64,000 nt of DNA from the human T2T-CHM13v2.0 reference genome, Homo sapiens, in the NCBI RefSeq assembly GCF_009914755.1, contig NC_060925.1. One strand, 5' to 3'. The notes beneath the pieces were generated by a model. That model was given only the letters and a program-made list of their open reading frames with translations. It did not search any database and was not told where the DNA came from. Positions within the stretch are counted from its first letter, which is position 1. The number at the start of each line of letters is the position of its first letter. Position numbers and translations under genes: made by a program. This document shows, piece after piece, positions 1 to 13,994 of the stretch.

Positions 1-967
1 ACTTTTCTTTTCCTAAAGACAACAGAAAACTTTGGTCCCACACATTCTGCTACAAATCTTGGTGGTCCTTTTTGTCCCCAATTCATTTCCTTAACCTACA
101 TATTGAAATATCTTGGCCTTTACTTGGGGTTGTTTTGTTCTTCCTTTGTTTGAGGTGGAACCACTTTATGGTTCTCTTCCTGATGCACATGTATGTCCTT
201 CACATACTAGTGTGTCTTAGCCCCCACATTTGTTCCTGAGACACCATACTAATTTGCTCTCTTCAAGGAAGCTACTAGCATTGCCTACTTGCTGAAATAT
301 CTCAAGTAATTCCAAGCAAAGGGCTTGAGTTAATATTAATAGAAGGCTAGATTCCTAGAATGACCAGAAAACTCATGGAAAACCCTCCAGTGACTCCCTT
401 TGCCCTACAAGATAATGCCAAGGGTCCTTCATTGTCATGAATCTATCATCTAGTTTCCACCTACCTCTTCAGTATTATCATTTCTAATTTTGTTATTCTC
501 CATTTTCTATATGCCTTTTGTACACTCTGAAGCTAACCAACTATTTGCTTGTTTTAAAACAAATAAATGTGATGAACAAAATAAATGTGGTCTCTGCCCT
601 CATAGGCCTTATTGCCTGGTTCAAGATAGTCCCAGTAAACAGAAAAATGAGGGAAAATACCTTACCAGTTTAAGTTGATTCTCTGAAGAAAAAGTGCATG
701 CAGGCGATAGAGGAGAGAATACTAAGATAAACCTAATTTAGATCGAATGGCATAGGGTTGGTTTCCCAGAGAAACTGAGAGTTAACCTGCATGTAACCTG
801 AAGGGTAATTAAAAGTCTTCAGGTAAAGGGGATATCCTTTAGGACAGAAGAAACAATGTGTACAAAACCCCTGAAGCAAGAACTGGATGAGTTGGAGACA
901 AGCAAAGAAGGCCTGTATAAATGCTGTTTTAAAAATGCTTTTCAATTGACAAAATTATATATATTTA

Positions 968-2266
<1,299 letters not shown>

Positions 2267-2749
2267 AAAACATGATATTTTGATACACATATGTATTGTA
2301 GAATGGCTAAAGTTAATTAACATATACCTTTAGCTCATGTACTTATTTGTTTGTGGTGAGAACACTTACAATCTACTGTTAGCAATTTTCAAGTATATAA
2401 TACATTATTATTAACTATAGTCACCAAGATATGCAGTAGAGCTTTTAAAATTATTTCTCCTATCTAACTGAAATTTTGTACCCTTTGATAAACATTTTCA
2501 AAACTCTCCCCTCAACTGCTCAACCAATTTCAGCCTCTGGTAACCAACATTCTACTCTCTGCTTTTATGAGTTTGACTTTTTTTAGATTCCACATATGTG
2601 TGAGATCACATGGTGTTTGTCTTTCTGTTCCTGGCTTATTTCACTTAGCATAATATCATCCAGGTTCATCCATCTTGTTGCAAACAGGACTTCTTTCTAT
2701 ATATGGCTGAATAATATTTTATTGTGTATGTATACCACATTTTCTTATA

Positions 2750-2834
2750 TTAGGTTGGTGCAAAAGTAATTGTGTATTTTTTTTTGCCATTACTTTCAAT
2801 GGCAAAAACTGCAATAACTTTTGCACCAACCTAA
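2750..2834. mobile_element. MADE1 (Hsmar1 mariner-derived MITE)
   Basis: Terminal inverted repeats TTAGGTTGGTGCAAAAGT...ACTTTTGCACCAACCTAA, about 85 bp, flanked by TA on both sides (2748-2749, 2835-2836). Confidence 0.93.
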
Positions 2835-4308
2835 TACATTTGTCCGTTAATAGACACTTACTTAGGTTGATTCCACACCTTGACTATTGTGAATAATGCT
2901 ACATAAACATGGGAGTGCAGCTATCTCTTTGACATTCTGACTTTATATCGATATACATCAAGTAGTGGAATTACAAGATCATATGGTAGTTATATTTTCA
3001 GTTTTTTGAGGAACCCCTTACTGAGTTCCATAATGGCTGTACTAATTTACAACTGTCAACAGTGTGTAGGGGTTCCCTTTTCTCCAAATCCTCCCTAACA
3101 CTTTACATCTTTTGTCGTTTTGATAATAGCCATTCTAACAGGTGTGAGGCGATATCTCATTGTGGTTTTAATATGCATTTTCTGATGAATAGTGGGGTTG
3201 AGCATTTTTTCAGCTACCTACTGTCCATTTATATGTCTTGGGAAATGTCTATTCAGATTCTTTGCCCATTTCTAATTGGGTTATTTGTTATTTTATGATT
3301 GAGTTTTTAAAGTTCTTCACATGCTGTGAATGTTAACCCATTATCAGATATATGGTTTGCAAATATTTTCTCTCATTACATATGCTGTCTCTTTATTCTT
3401 TTGATTGTTACTTTTTCTGTGCAGAAGTTTTTTAGTTTGATGTAATCCCATTTGTCTATTCTGGCTTCGATTACCTGAGCTTTTGGGGTATAAATTCTTT
3501 TTCTGCTTTCTCTCTGGAATGAATTTGAATTTACTGACAGCATGGGTTTTTGCACCAGACACAACTTTGTTGACCCAGTTCCTTGTATGGTGCCTGGCAT
3601 AACAGAAATATCTGTTTTATGAATGGCCATCACTGTCCTGCAATTTTATGTGCCCCCCAATCTTGCTCTGCCATCTTCATGCCTTATCTTGGTGAATATT
3701 AACTCCATCCATTCTAGCAACCATGCCAAGCACATGGAAGTCATCTTCACTACTTTTTTTTTTTTAATCCTCATACCACCCATTGTGTCCTATAGATTCC
3801 ACTGGCTAAAAGTTCCTCAATCACATTCCTTTTCTGTTTTTACAGGATCATCCTGTCTTTTCTGGATTACTGCAAAAACTTCAAGTCCCTTGGTCCCCAA
3901 TCCATTCTTCACACTGCTGCCAGGGAAGTCTTAGGGTTGTTGTGATGGTTAATTAGAAAATATGTGTTAAACACTTACAACAGTTGTCTGGCATATACTG
4001 AGCACTATTTTAATGTTGATTTTTATTATCATGGTCATCATCATCTTTCTAAAATAAAAATCTAATTAAATAATATCCCAGGTTATAAAACTTTCAATAG
4101 TTTCTAACAGATTTGAAGGTACATTTTAACTCTGTTAAAAATTCTACCAAAGTACTTGTTGTTCCAATAAAATACATTGTTTCATGCCCTTTGCTTTTAC
4201 ATGTATTTCCTGAAAATTTATGATTTCTTATTATTTGTCTACCCACTACTCAGATTTCAAAACTTCACTCAAGCATAACCACCTCTAAGTAGTTATTGAC
4301 CTCCATAA

Positions 4309-4739
<431 letters not shown>

Positions 4740-5059
4740 GGAGGGTTAATTTCTTAAGGTAAAAACTACCAATTATTTGAACTCAGATCACCTAAACACA
4801 ACACAGTTCATGACTGAAACTAAACTTTGTAATAGATAAATACATGAATGCTCTCTCTGGGCACTATAACTGAGTTCTCCCACATTCTGCCTCATTTCCC
4901 ATATTTGCTCCTTGCTGCTGTCACTGCTGGATCTACAAGCACCTGTCAGTCCATTGCTCTGCCATTTCTCAAAATATATTCCTTCCCTTGAAATAGAGGC
5001 TTGAGTTAAGGAGTGAATATTCTTGTCTCCAGCAAAAGGGCAAAAATCAGAAACTATAG

Positions 5060-5403
5060 GAGGAAGCCCATGGGAGGTTTTTCTGCTGATTGTATTTCTA
5101 GTAGCTTCTAGATTTGTAATGAGTCACTTCACCAAAGGATCTAAAATAGGAAACCAACTAATTTCCTGAGTCTATTCCTTTATCTATTTGGAAAAAAAAG
5201 CCTTGAGGAGCATTTTCCCTTTGGATCATAGTTGCTAATTGAGGGAGGGCAGAATGTGTCAGAAGCAATGTGGTCATGGCTCTCTAGGGTGCTAGATAGT
5301 AAAATTACCAAGCAGGCATTGATGCTAATGTGAACCAGAAAAAAAGCTCCTTAATTATACTCATTAGGCCTGTAGCTGATCCAGCCCATACAGAAGAGGC
5401 ACA
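5060..5403 (+). promoter_or_regulatory. OR10R2: Putative OR10R2 promoter and 5'UTR with homeodomain (Lhx2/Emx2-type) and O/E (EBF)-like sites
   Basis: GCCCATGGGA 5066-5075 (O/E-like), TAATGA 5117-5122, CAACTAAT 5155-5162, TGCTAATTGA 5233-5242, CTCTCTAGGGT at about 5280, CTCATTAG 5360-5367. Colinear similarity to 19810-20120 and 43910-44535. Confidence 0.65.
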
Positions 5404-5430
5404 ATGACCACTGTTCTGGGGAGCGAAGTA
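5404..5430 (+). CDS. OR10R2: Putative first coding exon of OR10R2 (MTTVLGSEV)
   Basis: ATG at 5404 with A at -3, exactly 9 codons, then a consensus GTAAGT donor at 5431 (phase 0). This matches the phase-0 acceptor at 13015/13016. Confidence 0.75.
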
Positions 5431-6769
5431 GTAAGTCATTTGTTGCTGTCTTGAAAAATTTTAAGAGACTAGCAGGAAGATGTGTAATATATTGGGAATA
5501 TGCTAGTTTTGGGGAATTACTTAGATTTTTCCTTAAAGGGCCTGGGCCATGATTAAGATATACGGCAACTGCATTCCTCTGTACCCCAGGATTCGTGTTT
5601 TAAAGAAAGTGAAACTCTTTCATATTGGAGATTTGGTCTTTATTCCATAGATGGCTTGCAGAAATTAAATTATCTAAAATCTTAGGACATATTTATGTCA
5701 TTTTAAAGATGTTAGCTAGTTATGCCTTTTATCTTATGTTTAATTCAGAAATTGTTGAGATTTTCTTCAAATTGCAGTCTACAAATACGTGACAGCAAAG
5801 GATTGGAAGGTGGTAATAGGAAAAGTAGCTGGATGGGCAGATAAAATAATGCTCAAGTTGAGATCTTAAGGTCAAGAAAAAAGAACATTAGAGATATTGC
5901 AGAATGGTCAAAAAGGCTATCCCTGGCACCAGTCTTAAGAAGGAATGAAGGAAGAAAGGAAAGAAATATTTAATTAGGGCTTCTTATAATTCTGGGCTAC
6001 ATTTTTTACTTATGTTGTCCATTCATCTTTATAACATCCCATATTACAGAAGAGAAAACTAAGATTCAGGAGGATTAATTTATTTGCTCAAAGAAAATGC
6101 TGAAATAAGAATGTGAATTCCATCTTGAGTGCTTTCTTCATAACATAAATTTTTATCTAGCTTCCTTGATCGCTTGCTGGAAGTATCTTTACCAACTACA
6201 TGAAAAATACCTACAAATTAGTTGCAATGATTTATTTAGGTATTAATTTGCTTAATTATAATTTTGTCAGATTTTGAATATTTGTTCTTGCTAGAAACTC
6301 TGATGCTGATGTGGTTAGAGAGATGTATATAAATGTTTGGTGCATGATACGGAAACTTTTGTCAAATGAACAACATAGTCTTTGATTCTAAGAGCTTAAA
6401 TTGTACCAGGTAAGAATGATCATTGTATAGAATGATCTAAAATGTAAGAAGTCCAAGAATGAGTGTTTCACAAGGGTAAAGATCTTTGGTTTGTTCACTG
6501 TTGTATCTCAAACACCAAATAATGTGTCTCAGATTTAGTAATGTATACAATAAATAGTTTTTAAATTGAAATAGTGCTTGGAAACCTGACTTACAGGGAA
6601 GTGATTTGAAAGATTAGAGGATCTGCCCTAACACAGGAAAAGGCATTGTTGTTATAAGACATGGCTCTTTGCATGTTCAGTGAACTAAGAAGTTCCATAA
6701 GATTAAAACATTGGGATAAAATCTGGGAACTGGAATAAATGTTTGCAGTGTTGTGAGAGATCTAACAGC

Positions 6770-7125
6770 CTTTTTCCTTGTCTTTCCTTCCTTTTTTCTT
6801 CCCTTTCTTTCCTTCCCTTTCCCTCCCTTTCTTTATCCTTCCTTCCTTCCTTCCTCCCTCCTTCCCTCTTTCCCTCTCTGCTTCCTTCCTCCCTCCTTCC
6901 CTCTTTCCCTCTCTGCTTCCTCCCTCCCTCCTTCCCTCTTTCCCTCTCTGCTTCCTTCCTCCCTCCTTCCCTCTTTCCCTCTCTGCTTCCTTCCTTCCCT
7001 CCCTCCCTCTCCCTCCCTCCCCCTCTCTCTTTCTTTCTTTCTTTTTCTTTTCTTTCTTTTTTCTTTTCTTCTCTTTCTTCATTTCTCCCTTTCTTCCTCT
7101 CTTTCTTCTTTCTTTCTTTCTTTCT
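6770..7125. repeat. Polypyrimidine tract containing a 35-bp minisatellite (4 copies, 6846-6985) and (TTCC)n/(TTTC)n runs
   Basis: Unit CTTCCTTCCTCCCTCCTTCCCTCTTTCCCTCTCTG; its single G recurs at 6880, 6915, 6950 and 6985. Confidence 0.95.
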
Positions 7126-8029
7126 AAGAAAATTGGAATTTTACAACGTTTGCAGGGATTATTATAGGGTTCTGAGTAAGAAGGTACTTGGTAAAATGTA
7201 AATTTAAATGTCTCTGTGACTGCCACTTCTGAGTTGAACTGTTTCAACACCCACCTTACCATTTATTCTCCTATCCTCTCCCATCTTCTCCTAGCTGTTC
7301 TCTGTGTTCGCAATGCCATGCCTCCTATTCTCAGGCCCCTGTATCTCTGCTGCCCAAATCACTCTGGAAAATAATCTCCTCCAATTGCCCTTCCCAAGTC
7401 AACAGGAGTGGAGGTAAAAATGAAAAACAGAATGAAACAAACAAAACCCTATAGCTTCCTACTTTGAATAAATTTGTTTCTTCTAATTTCTCCCTTCAGG
7501 CTGGATACAAGAGAGGAAAGGCAAACAAAAATAAAGAGTGTCATAAGATATTTATTCTTTTTAAAGAAATACAGATTCTCTTAAGATTCCATAGTTCTGG
7601 CTCTAGAGAGGAATCAGTCATGTAGAAAATACCAGACAGGGGTTACAGGGGGCCTGGAGAGAAAAAGAAAGTTCATTCTCCAATAAAGATGTTATGAATC
7701 AGTTGGTCAGCCCATTGAGTGTGTATTCTATTTTTGTAGTTCTATCTGCAAGAAAAAGTACAAATATATTTTAATTGACACCTAGTATGCATGCACACAT
7801 ACACAAATTGAAATAAAATATTTGCTTTAAATAAGAGCTATTCAGACTGGGTATGCTTTATTTTAATCTTCTCTTCTTTTATCTGCTCTCCATTTAAATT
7901 TAAAAACTGCTGGGGTTGAAACCTAATTTGATTCTATAACCTCAGTGATGTAATAAACATAAAGTTTCAAAATCACTGTCTTAAAACGTATTTTCCTATA
8001 AGACAAAGAGACCAGCAAAAAAAAATTAA

Positions 8030-8260
8030 TAATAGTTAAGAAAATAATACCACTAGATAGAGCACTTATTATGTAGCAGGTGTTGTTCTCAGCACTCTAT
8101 ATAAATTAATACATTTAATAATAATCACAGCCTGTTTCATAGATGAGACAACTACAATATAGCGAGGTTAAATAAATTGTCTAAGGTTACAGTCACCCAA
8201 TGGAAGAACTGGTACCCAAAGCCAAGTTACCTTCCTCTAGATTCCATACTGTCATTCAAT
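8030..8260 (-). mobile_element. MIR SINE remnant
   Basis: 'gagcacttattatgtagcagg...catagatgagacaact...gaggttaaataaattgtctaaggttacag' matches the MIR core in reverse orientation. Confidence 0.7.
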
Positions 8261-9343
8261 ACACAATAATCCTGCCTTTCTTAAAACAAGTACTATTAGT
8301 TTGTGTTACAATTTTCAATTTTTCCCTATTAAAAATACATTTTTACATATAAATCTCTATAGGCAACTTTTAAGAAATAGAATATTGGAATAAATTAGAT
8401 AAATATATTCAAGGATGTAGATATAGTTTGCTAAATTTCTTGGCATAAACAAAACCAAATTATAATCTTATTAGTAAATTTTTTGTTACTAGTCATATAA
8501 CACCACCACAGCTAATTTGATGAGTGTAAATAATATCTCTACTTTACTTTATTTGAAATACACTTCAAGTTAAAATATATTTTTAACATAAATTTTTATA
8601 TGTTTGATGCATTCTATTTCTATTTTATAAACTGTATGCTTTTATCTGTTTTCTTCTTCAAAGTTTGTTATTTTCTCCATCGGCTTGTAATACATTTTTT
8701 ATTAATATTAACATCTGAAGAATATTTTTGGTAGTTTTCCATTTGTTGTTTGCTTTCTATTATTTCTAATTGTGCCTTTCTGTAAATAAATATTTTATTT
8801 TACACCAATTGTTGCTTAATACTCTTTGATAATATCTCATTATTGTTTACGTTTAGCTTTTCAAATTTTCTGTCCAGTAATACAATGTTTTCTAATCCTT
8901 TACATTTTTTTGTATTTTATTAACATATAAATTTTGAATGTATCCGTTGAAAATTTAAACTGATATTTAAAATGTATTAAAGATGTATTTATTAAGTTAC
9001 TATTATAGGTCAGAAACAGTTTAGGTGGCATTGAGATGTTTTATATTTTAAAAATCATTAAATTTTTGTTTAGGTAAAGAATTAAGGTATAAACTTTCTT
9101 CTGATAACTGCTTTAAATTTAGCCATATTTTCTAATATATATAGCTGACATTATTTTCTAGAACTTATTTTATTTTACATTATATTTTCCCTTTGACCCA
9201 ACACTTGTTTAATAGTATTTTCAAATTATCATATGGAAGAGCTTTCAAAAATATGATTTTCGTATGATTTTATTGTTACTGATCAATGGTTTTGCTCAAA
9301 TGTACAGACAGGTTTTCTATATTTTTTAAAAAAAATTTAAGTA

Positions 9344-9682
<339 letters not shown>

Positions 9683-9839
9683 TTAATTAATGCTTCTTTA
9701 AGTATATAGGATAAATGTGTAAGATACGTTTTAGTCTTTACAGTTTTTGATCAATGTTTGTGAGCACTTGGATAGTCATGAATATGAATAAGATGAAAGG
9801 GTGATGGATCATTTCAATGTGTAGATACAAGTCTTTTAT

Positions 9840-11435
9840 TTCATAGCATTCTGACTGGTGTGAAATGGTATCTCATTGTGGTTTCGATTTGCATTTCTCT
9901 GATGATTATTGATGATGAGCATTTTTCATAAGTTTCATGGCTGCTTGTATGTCTTATTTTGAGAGGCGTCTGTTCATATCCTTTGCACATTTTAAAATGG
10001 GGTTTATTGTTTTTTGCTTGATTTGTTTAAGTTTCTTAAAGATTCTGAATATTAGGCCTTTGTCTGATGCATAGTTTGAATATTTTCTCCCATTCTGTAG
10101 GTTGTCTGGTTCAATATTTGAAAATCAATAAATGTAATTCATGACATAAACAATTAGAAATGAAATTCATATGATCATCTCAATAGATGCAGAAAATTTT
10201 CAATAAAATCTAACGTCCCTTCATGATAAAAACCCTCAACAGACTAGGCTTTAAGGAACATATCTCAAAATAATAAGAGCCATCTGTGACAAATCCACAG
10301 CCAACATCATATTCAACAAGCAAAAGCTGGAACTATTCTTGAGAACTGAAACAACACAAGGATACCCATTCTTACCACTCCTATTCAAGGCAAGAGAAAG
10401 AAATTAAAGGCATCCAAATAGGAAGAAAATGTCAAACTATTTGTCTCCATTGTTGATATTATTCCATATCTAGAAAACTAATTTAAAGACTCTGCCAAAA
10501 GGCTCCTAGAACTGATAAATGACTTTAGCAAAATTTTAGGATACAAAATCAATCTAAAAAAGTCAGTAGTGTTTCTATATATCAATAATGTCTAGACTGA
10601 GGGTCAAATCAAGAACACAATTATATTTGAATAACCACAAAGAAAATAAAATATCTAGAAATGCACCTAATAAAAGAGGAGAAAGGTCTCTACAAGGAGA
10701 ACTAAAAAACACTGCTCAAAGAAATCAGAGATAACACAAATAAATGGAAAAACATTCCATACTCATGAACTGGAATAATCAATATTGTTAAAATGGCCGT
10801 ACTGTCAAAAGCAATTTACAGATTCAATGCTATTCCTATCAAACTACCAATGTAATTTTATCAGAATTAGCAAAACTATTATAAAATTCATATGAAACCA
10901 AAAAAGCCCTCAAATAGCCCAAGTAACCCTAAAGAAAAAGAACAAAGCCAGAGAGAAGCATCATACTAGCCAACTTCAAACTATACTATAACGTTACAGT
11001 AACCCAAACAGCATGGTTCTGGTGCAAATACAGACACATAGACCAAAGGAACATAATAAAAAACTAAGAAAGCAAGCTGCACACCTACAACCATCTGATC
11101 TTCAACAAGGCTGACAAGAGCAAACAATGGAACAAGGACGCCCTATTCAATAAATGGTGTGGGAATAGCTGGCTAGCCATCTGCAGAAGAGGGAAACTGG
11201 ACCCTCACTTTTCACCATATACAAAAATTAACTCAAAGTGGATTAAAAATTTAAATGTAAAACCTCAAACTCTAAAAATCCTAGACGAAAACCTGGGGAA
11301 TACTATTCTCAATATCAGCCTTGGCAAAGAATTTTTGGTTAAGTTCCCAAAAGCAATTGTAGCAAAAACAAAAATTCATAAGTGGGAGCTAATTAAACTA
11401 GAGCTTTTGCACAGCAAAAGAAACTATTGACAGAG
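9840..11435 (-). mobile_element. Older primate L1 (L1PB/late L1PA) ORF2 fragment with inversion: 9840-10110 on -, 10111-11435 on +
   Basis: The + segment ends at '...gaaactattgacagag', and the adjoining L1 sequence ('acaacctacagaatgggagaaaata') is the reverse complement of the end of the - segment. Confidence 0.85.
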
Positions 11436-12603
11436 AGAAGAGATTCTTATTTCTACCTGTTAGAACCTGAGGGGAGGTTTATGTGCAGTAATTAGAAAAA
11501 ATTTCATATAAGCTAATTTTATTTAATGGGATTCTACCTGACTAAAAAGTATTCTTGTCTTCTCTTATACTAAGATTTAATTAACTGTTACTAGAAAATC
11601 AAAGGTATACTACATTGCTTTGACTATTTACTGCAGAAAAAAACTATTGTAAGTTTCAAACCCCAATTTTCATTTTTTCATAAACCATACACAAAGTTTT
11701 TCCTAAAAGCAGTTTATGTATCAGAATTCAATGACTCTACAATGGACCATGTTTTATTTAAGGCATGCTGGACTCCATGTGTGTCTATAGATGAAGATGA
11801 TGGGTAAGGAAAGAAGGAAGGTGATAAGGATAATTCTAGTCACTTCAGAAAATACTTATTCTGCATATAAATACAGATAATTAGTCATAATCTGTTTGCT
11901 CATTTTTCTTGAATGTCTACATTATTGCTGTTCAAAGTGGGGAATAAGTGATATTAACCTAATTCAATCCATCTATATTGAGCTCAACAGAACCTATCTC
12001 CCAACCCTCTGTTCAGGTATATAATATCTTCTTTTGTAAAATGTGTTTATGGTTATTTTAATTATTATTACAAATATAACTGGGCATTACTAGAGTGGTA
12101 AACTTTATCAGCCTGAGAATGCAAATAATCAACTTACAATTGTTTCTATCAACAATCTTCAAAGAGCTGTGATGTGTTCCAGAAACACTTAAAGATCCTA
12201 GAGTAGGACTAAAATGGTGACAATTAAATGGATCACAATGCTCCAAAAGCCTCTATTTAGTGATTAAACTAGACACATTTGGGCAATTCTGATTTCTTTT
12301 CATATAAATTTTATAATCATCTTATCAACCTTTAGATGAAAAGCCTGCTGGGATTTGTTAAGAATTATGTTGACTACATAGACCAATTTGGTCAGAATTG
12401 CTCTTTATTTTATTACATCTTTAAACTCATGAACATGGGTGTTCTTCATTTAGTCATATATTTTATAATTTAACCCAGCAATGTTTGAGAGATTTCTCTG
12501 TATATGTCTCACACTTTTTTGTTAAATCTGACACTAAGCTTTTTTATGATATTGTGAATTGAATTGTTTTCTTAATATCATTTTTAGATTTTTTGTTGCT
12601 TGT

Positions 12604-12950
12604 TGTAGTAGGCCAAATAATGAGCTCCCAAAGATGTCTATGTTTTAATCACCAGAACCTGAGAATATGTTAGATTATACAAGCTCAAGGAATTAAGGCT
12701 GCAGAAGGAAAGTCAACTGACAATAAAATAGAGATATTATCTTGTATTATTCTGGTGGGCCCAAAGTAATCATAAGGGTTCTTAAAATTGGGAGAGAGAA
12801 TCAGAAAGTCAGAGAAAGAGATGTAACTTTGTTGACTTTGAAGATGGAAGAAGAGGACCATGAACCAATGAACATGAGAGGTAGTTAGGAACCGGAAAAG
12901 GTGAATAAAAGGCAAGATTCTTCTTTGTCACCACCTGAAAGGAACAAAGG
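12604..12950 (+). mobile_element. MLT1 (MLT1D-like) MaLR LTR fragment
   Basis: 'tgtagtaggccaaataatgagctcccaaagatgtc...gtgggcccaaagtaatcataagggttcttaaaa...ttgaagatggaagaagaggacc' matches the recalled MLT1 LTR consensus. Confidence 0.8.
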
Positions 12951-12955
12951 AGTGC

Positions 12956-13963
12956 ATGCCCCAAATTCTTATATTCACATACCTGAATATGTTTTACTTC
13001 TTTCCCCCTTTGCAGATCTTGGCAGAAAACCTCACCATGGTCACCGAATTCCTGTTGCTGGGTTTTTCCAGCCTTGGTGAAATTCAGCTGGCCCTCTTTG
13101 TAGTTTTTCTTTTTCTGTATCTAGTCATTCTTAGTGGCAATGTCACCATTATCAGTGTCATCCACCTGGATAAAAGCCTCCACACACCAATGTACTTCTT
13201 CCTTGGCATTCTCTCAACATCTGAGACCTTCTACACCTTTGTCATTCTACCCAAGATGCTCATCAATCTACTTTCTGTGGCCAGGACAATCTCCTTCAAC
13301 TGTTGTGCTCTTCAAATGTTCTTCTTCCTTGGTTTTGCCATTACCAACTGCCTGCTATTGGGTGTGATGGGTTATGATCGCTATGCTGCCATTTGTCACC
13401 CTCTGCATTACCCCACTCTTATGAGCTGGCAGGTGTGTGGAAAACTGGCAGCTGCCTGTGCAATTGGTGGCTTCTTGGCCTCTCTTACAGTAGTAAATTT
13501 AGTTTTCAGCCTCCCTTTTTGTAGCGCCAACAAAGTCAATCATTACTTCTGTGACATCTCAGCAGTCATTCTTCTGGCTTGTACCAACACAGATGTTAAC
13601 GAATTTGTGATATTCATTTGTGGAGTTCTTGTACTTGTGGTTCCCTTTCTGTTTATCTGTGTTTCTTATCTCTGCATTCTGAGGACTATCCTGAAGATTC
13701 CCTCAGCTGAGGGCAGACGGAAAGCGTTTTCCACCTGCGCCTCTCACCTCAGTGTTGTTATTGTTCATTATGGCTGTGCTTCCTTCATCTACCTGAGGCC
13801 TACAGCAAACTATGTGTCCAACAAAGACAGGCTGGTGACGGTGACATACACGATTGTCACTCCATTACTAAACCCCATGGTTTATAGCCTCAGAAACAAG
13901 GATGTCCAACTTGCTATCAGAAAAGTGTTGGGCAAGAAAGGTTCTCTAAAACTATATAATTGA
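12956..13963 (+). CDS. OR10R2: Olfactory receptor family 10 subfamily R, intact; the true coding exon probably begins at 13016
   Basis: 335-aa ORF with OR motifs GN, LHTPMYFFL, MGYDRYAAICHPLHY, HYFCD, KAFSTCASHL, PLLNPMVYSLRNKD, and an N-glycosylation site NLT. Name recalled from the N-terminal sequence and length. Confidence 0.95.
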   Translation: MPQILIFTYLNMFYFFPPLQILAENLTMVTEFLLLGFSSLGEIQLALFVVFLFLYLVILSGNVTIISVIHLDKSLHTPMYFFLGILSTSETFYTFVILPKMLINLLSVARTISFNCCALQMFFFLGFAITNCLLLGVMGYDRYAAICHPLHYPTLMSWQVCGKLAAACAIGGFLASLTVVNLVFSLPFCSANKVNHYFCDISAVILLACTNTDVNEFVIFICGVLVLVVPFLFICVSYLCILRTILKIPSAEGRRKAFSTCASHLSVVIVHYGCASFIYLRPTANYVSNKDRLVTVTYTIVTPLLNPMVYSLRNKDVQLAIRKVLGKKGSLKLYN

Positions 13964-13988
13964 AATATTATTACATTTTAGATTTCTT

Positions 13989-13994
13989 AATAAA
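13989..13994 (+). terminator. Candidate proximal polyadenylation signal for OR10R2
   Basis: AATAAA 25 nt after the stop codon. The context is AT-rich, so chance occurrence is possible. Confidence 0.3.

Noticed and set aside
1-600. Possible 3'UTR of an upstream OR gene (AATAAA motifs near 562 and 580)
   Set aside because: No coding sequence inside the window to anchor it.
6743-7262. Long F/L/P/S-rich and R/E/G/K-rich ORFs on both strands
   Set aside because: Artefacts of the stop-free pyrimidine repeat.
12956-13015. N-terminal 20 aa of the 335-aa ORF as genuine protein sequence
   Set aside because: It reads as a polypyrimidine tract plus CAG acceptor next to an LTR, and is better explained as intron.
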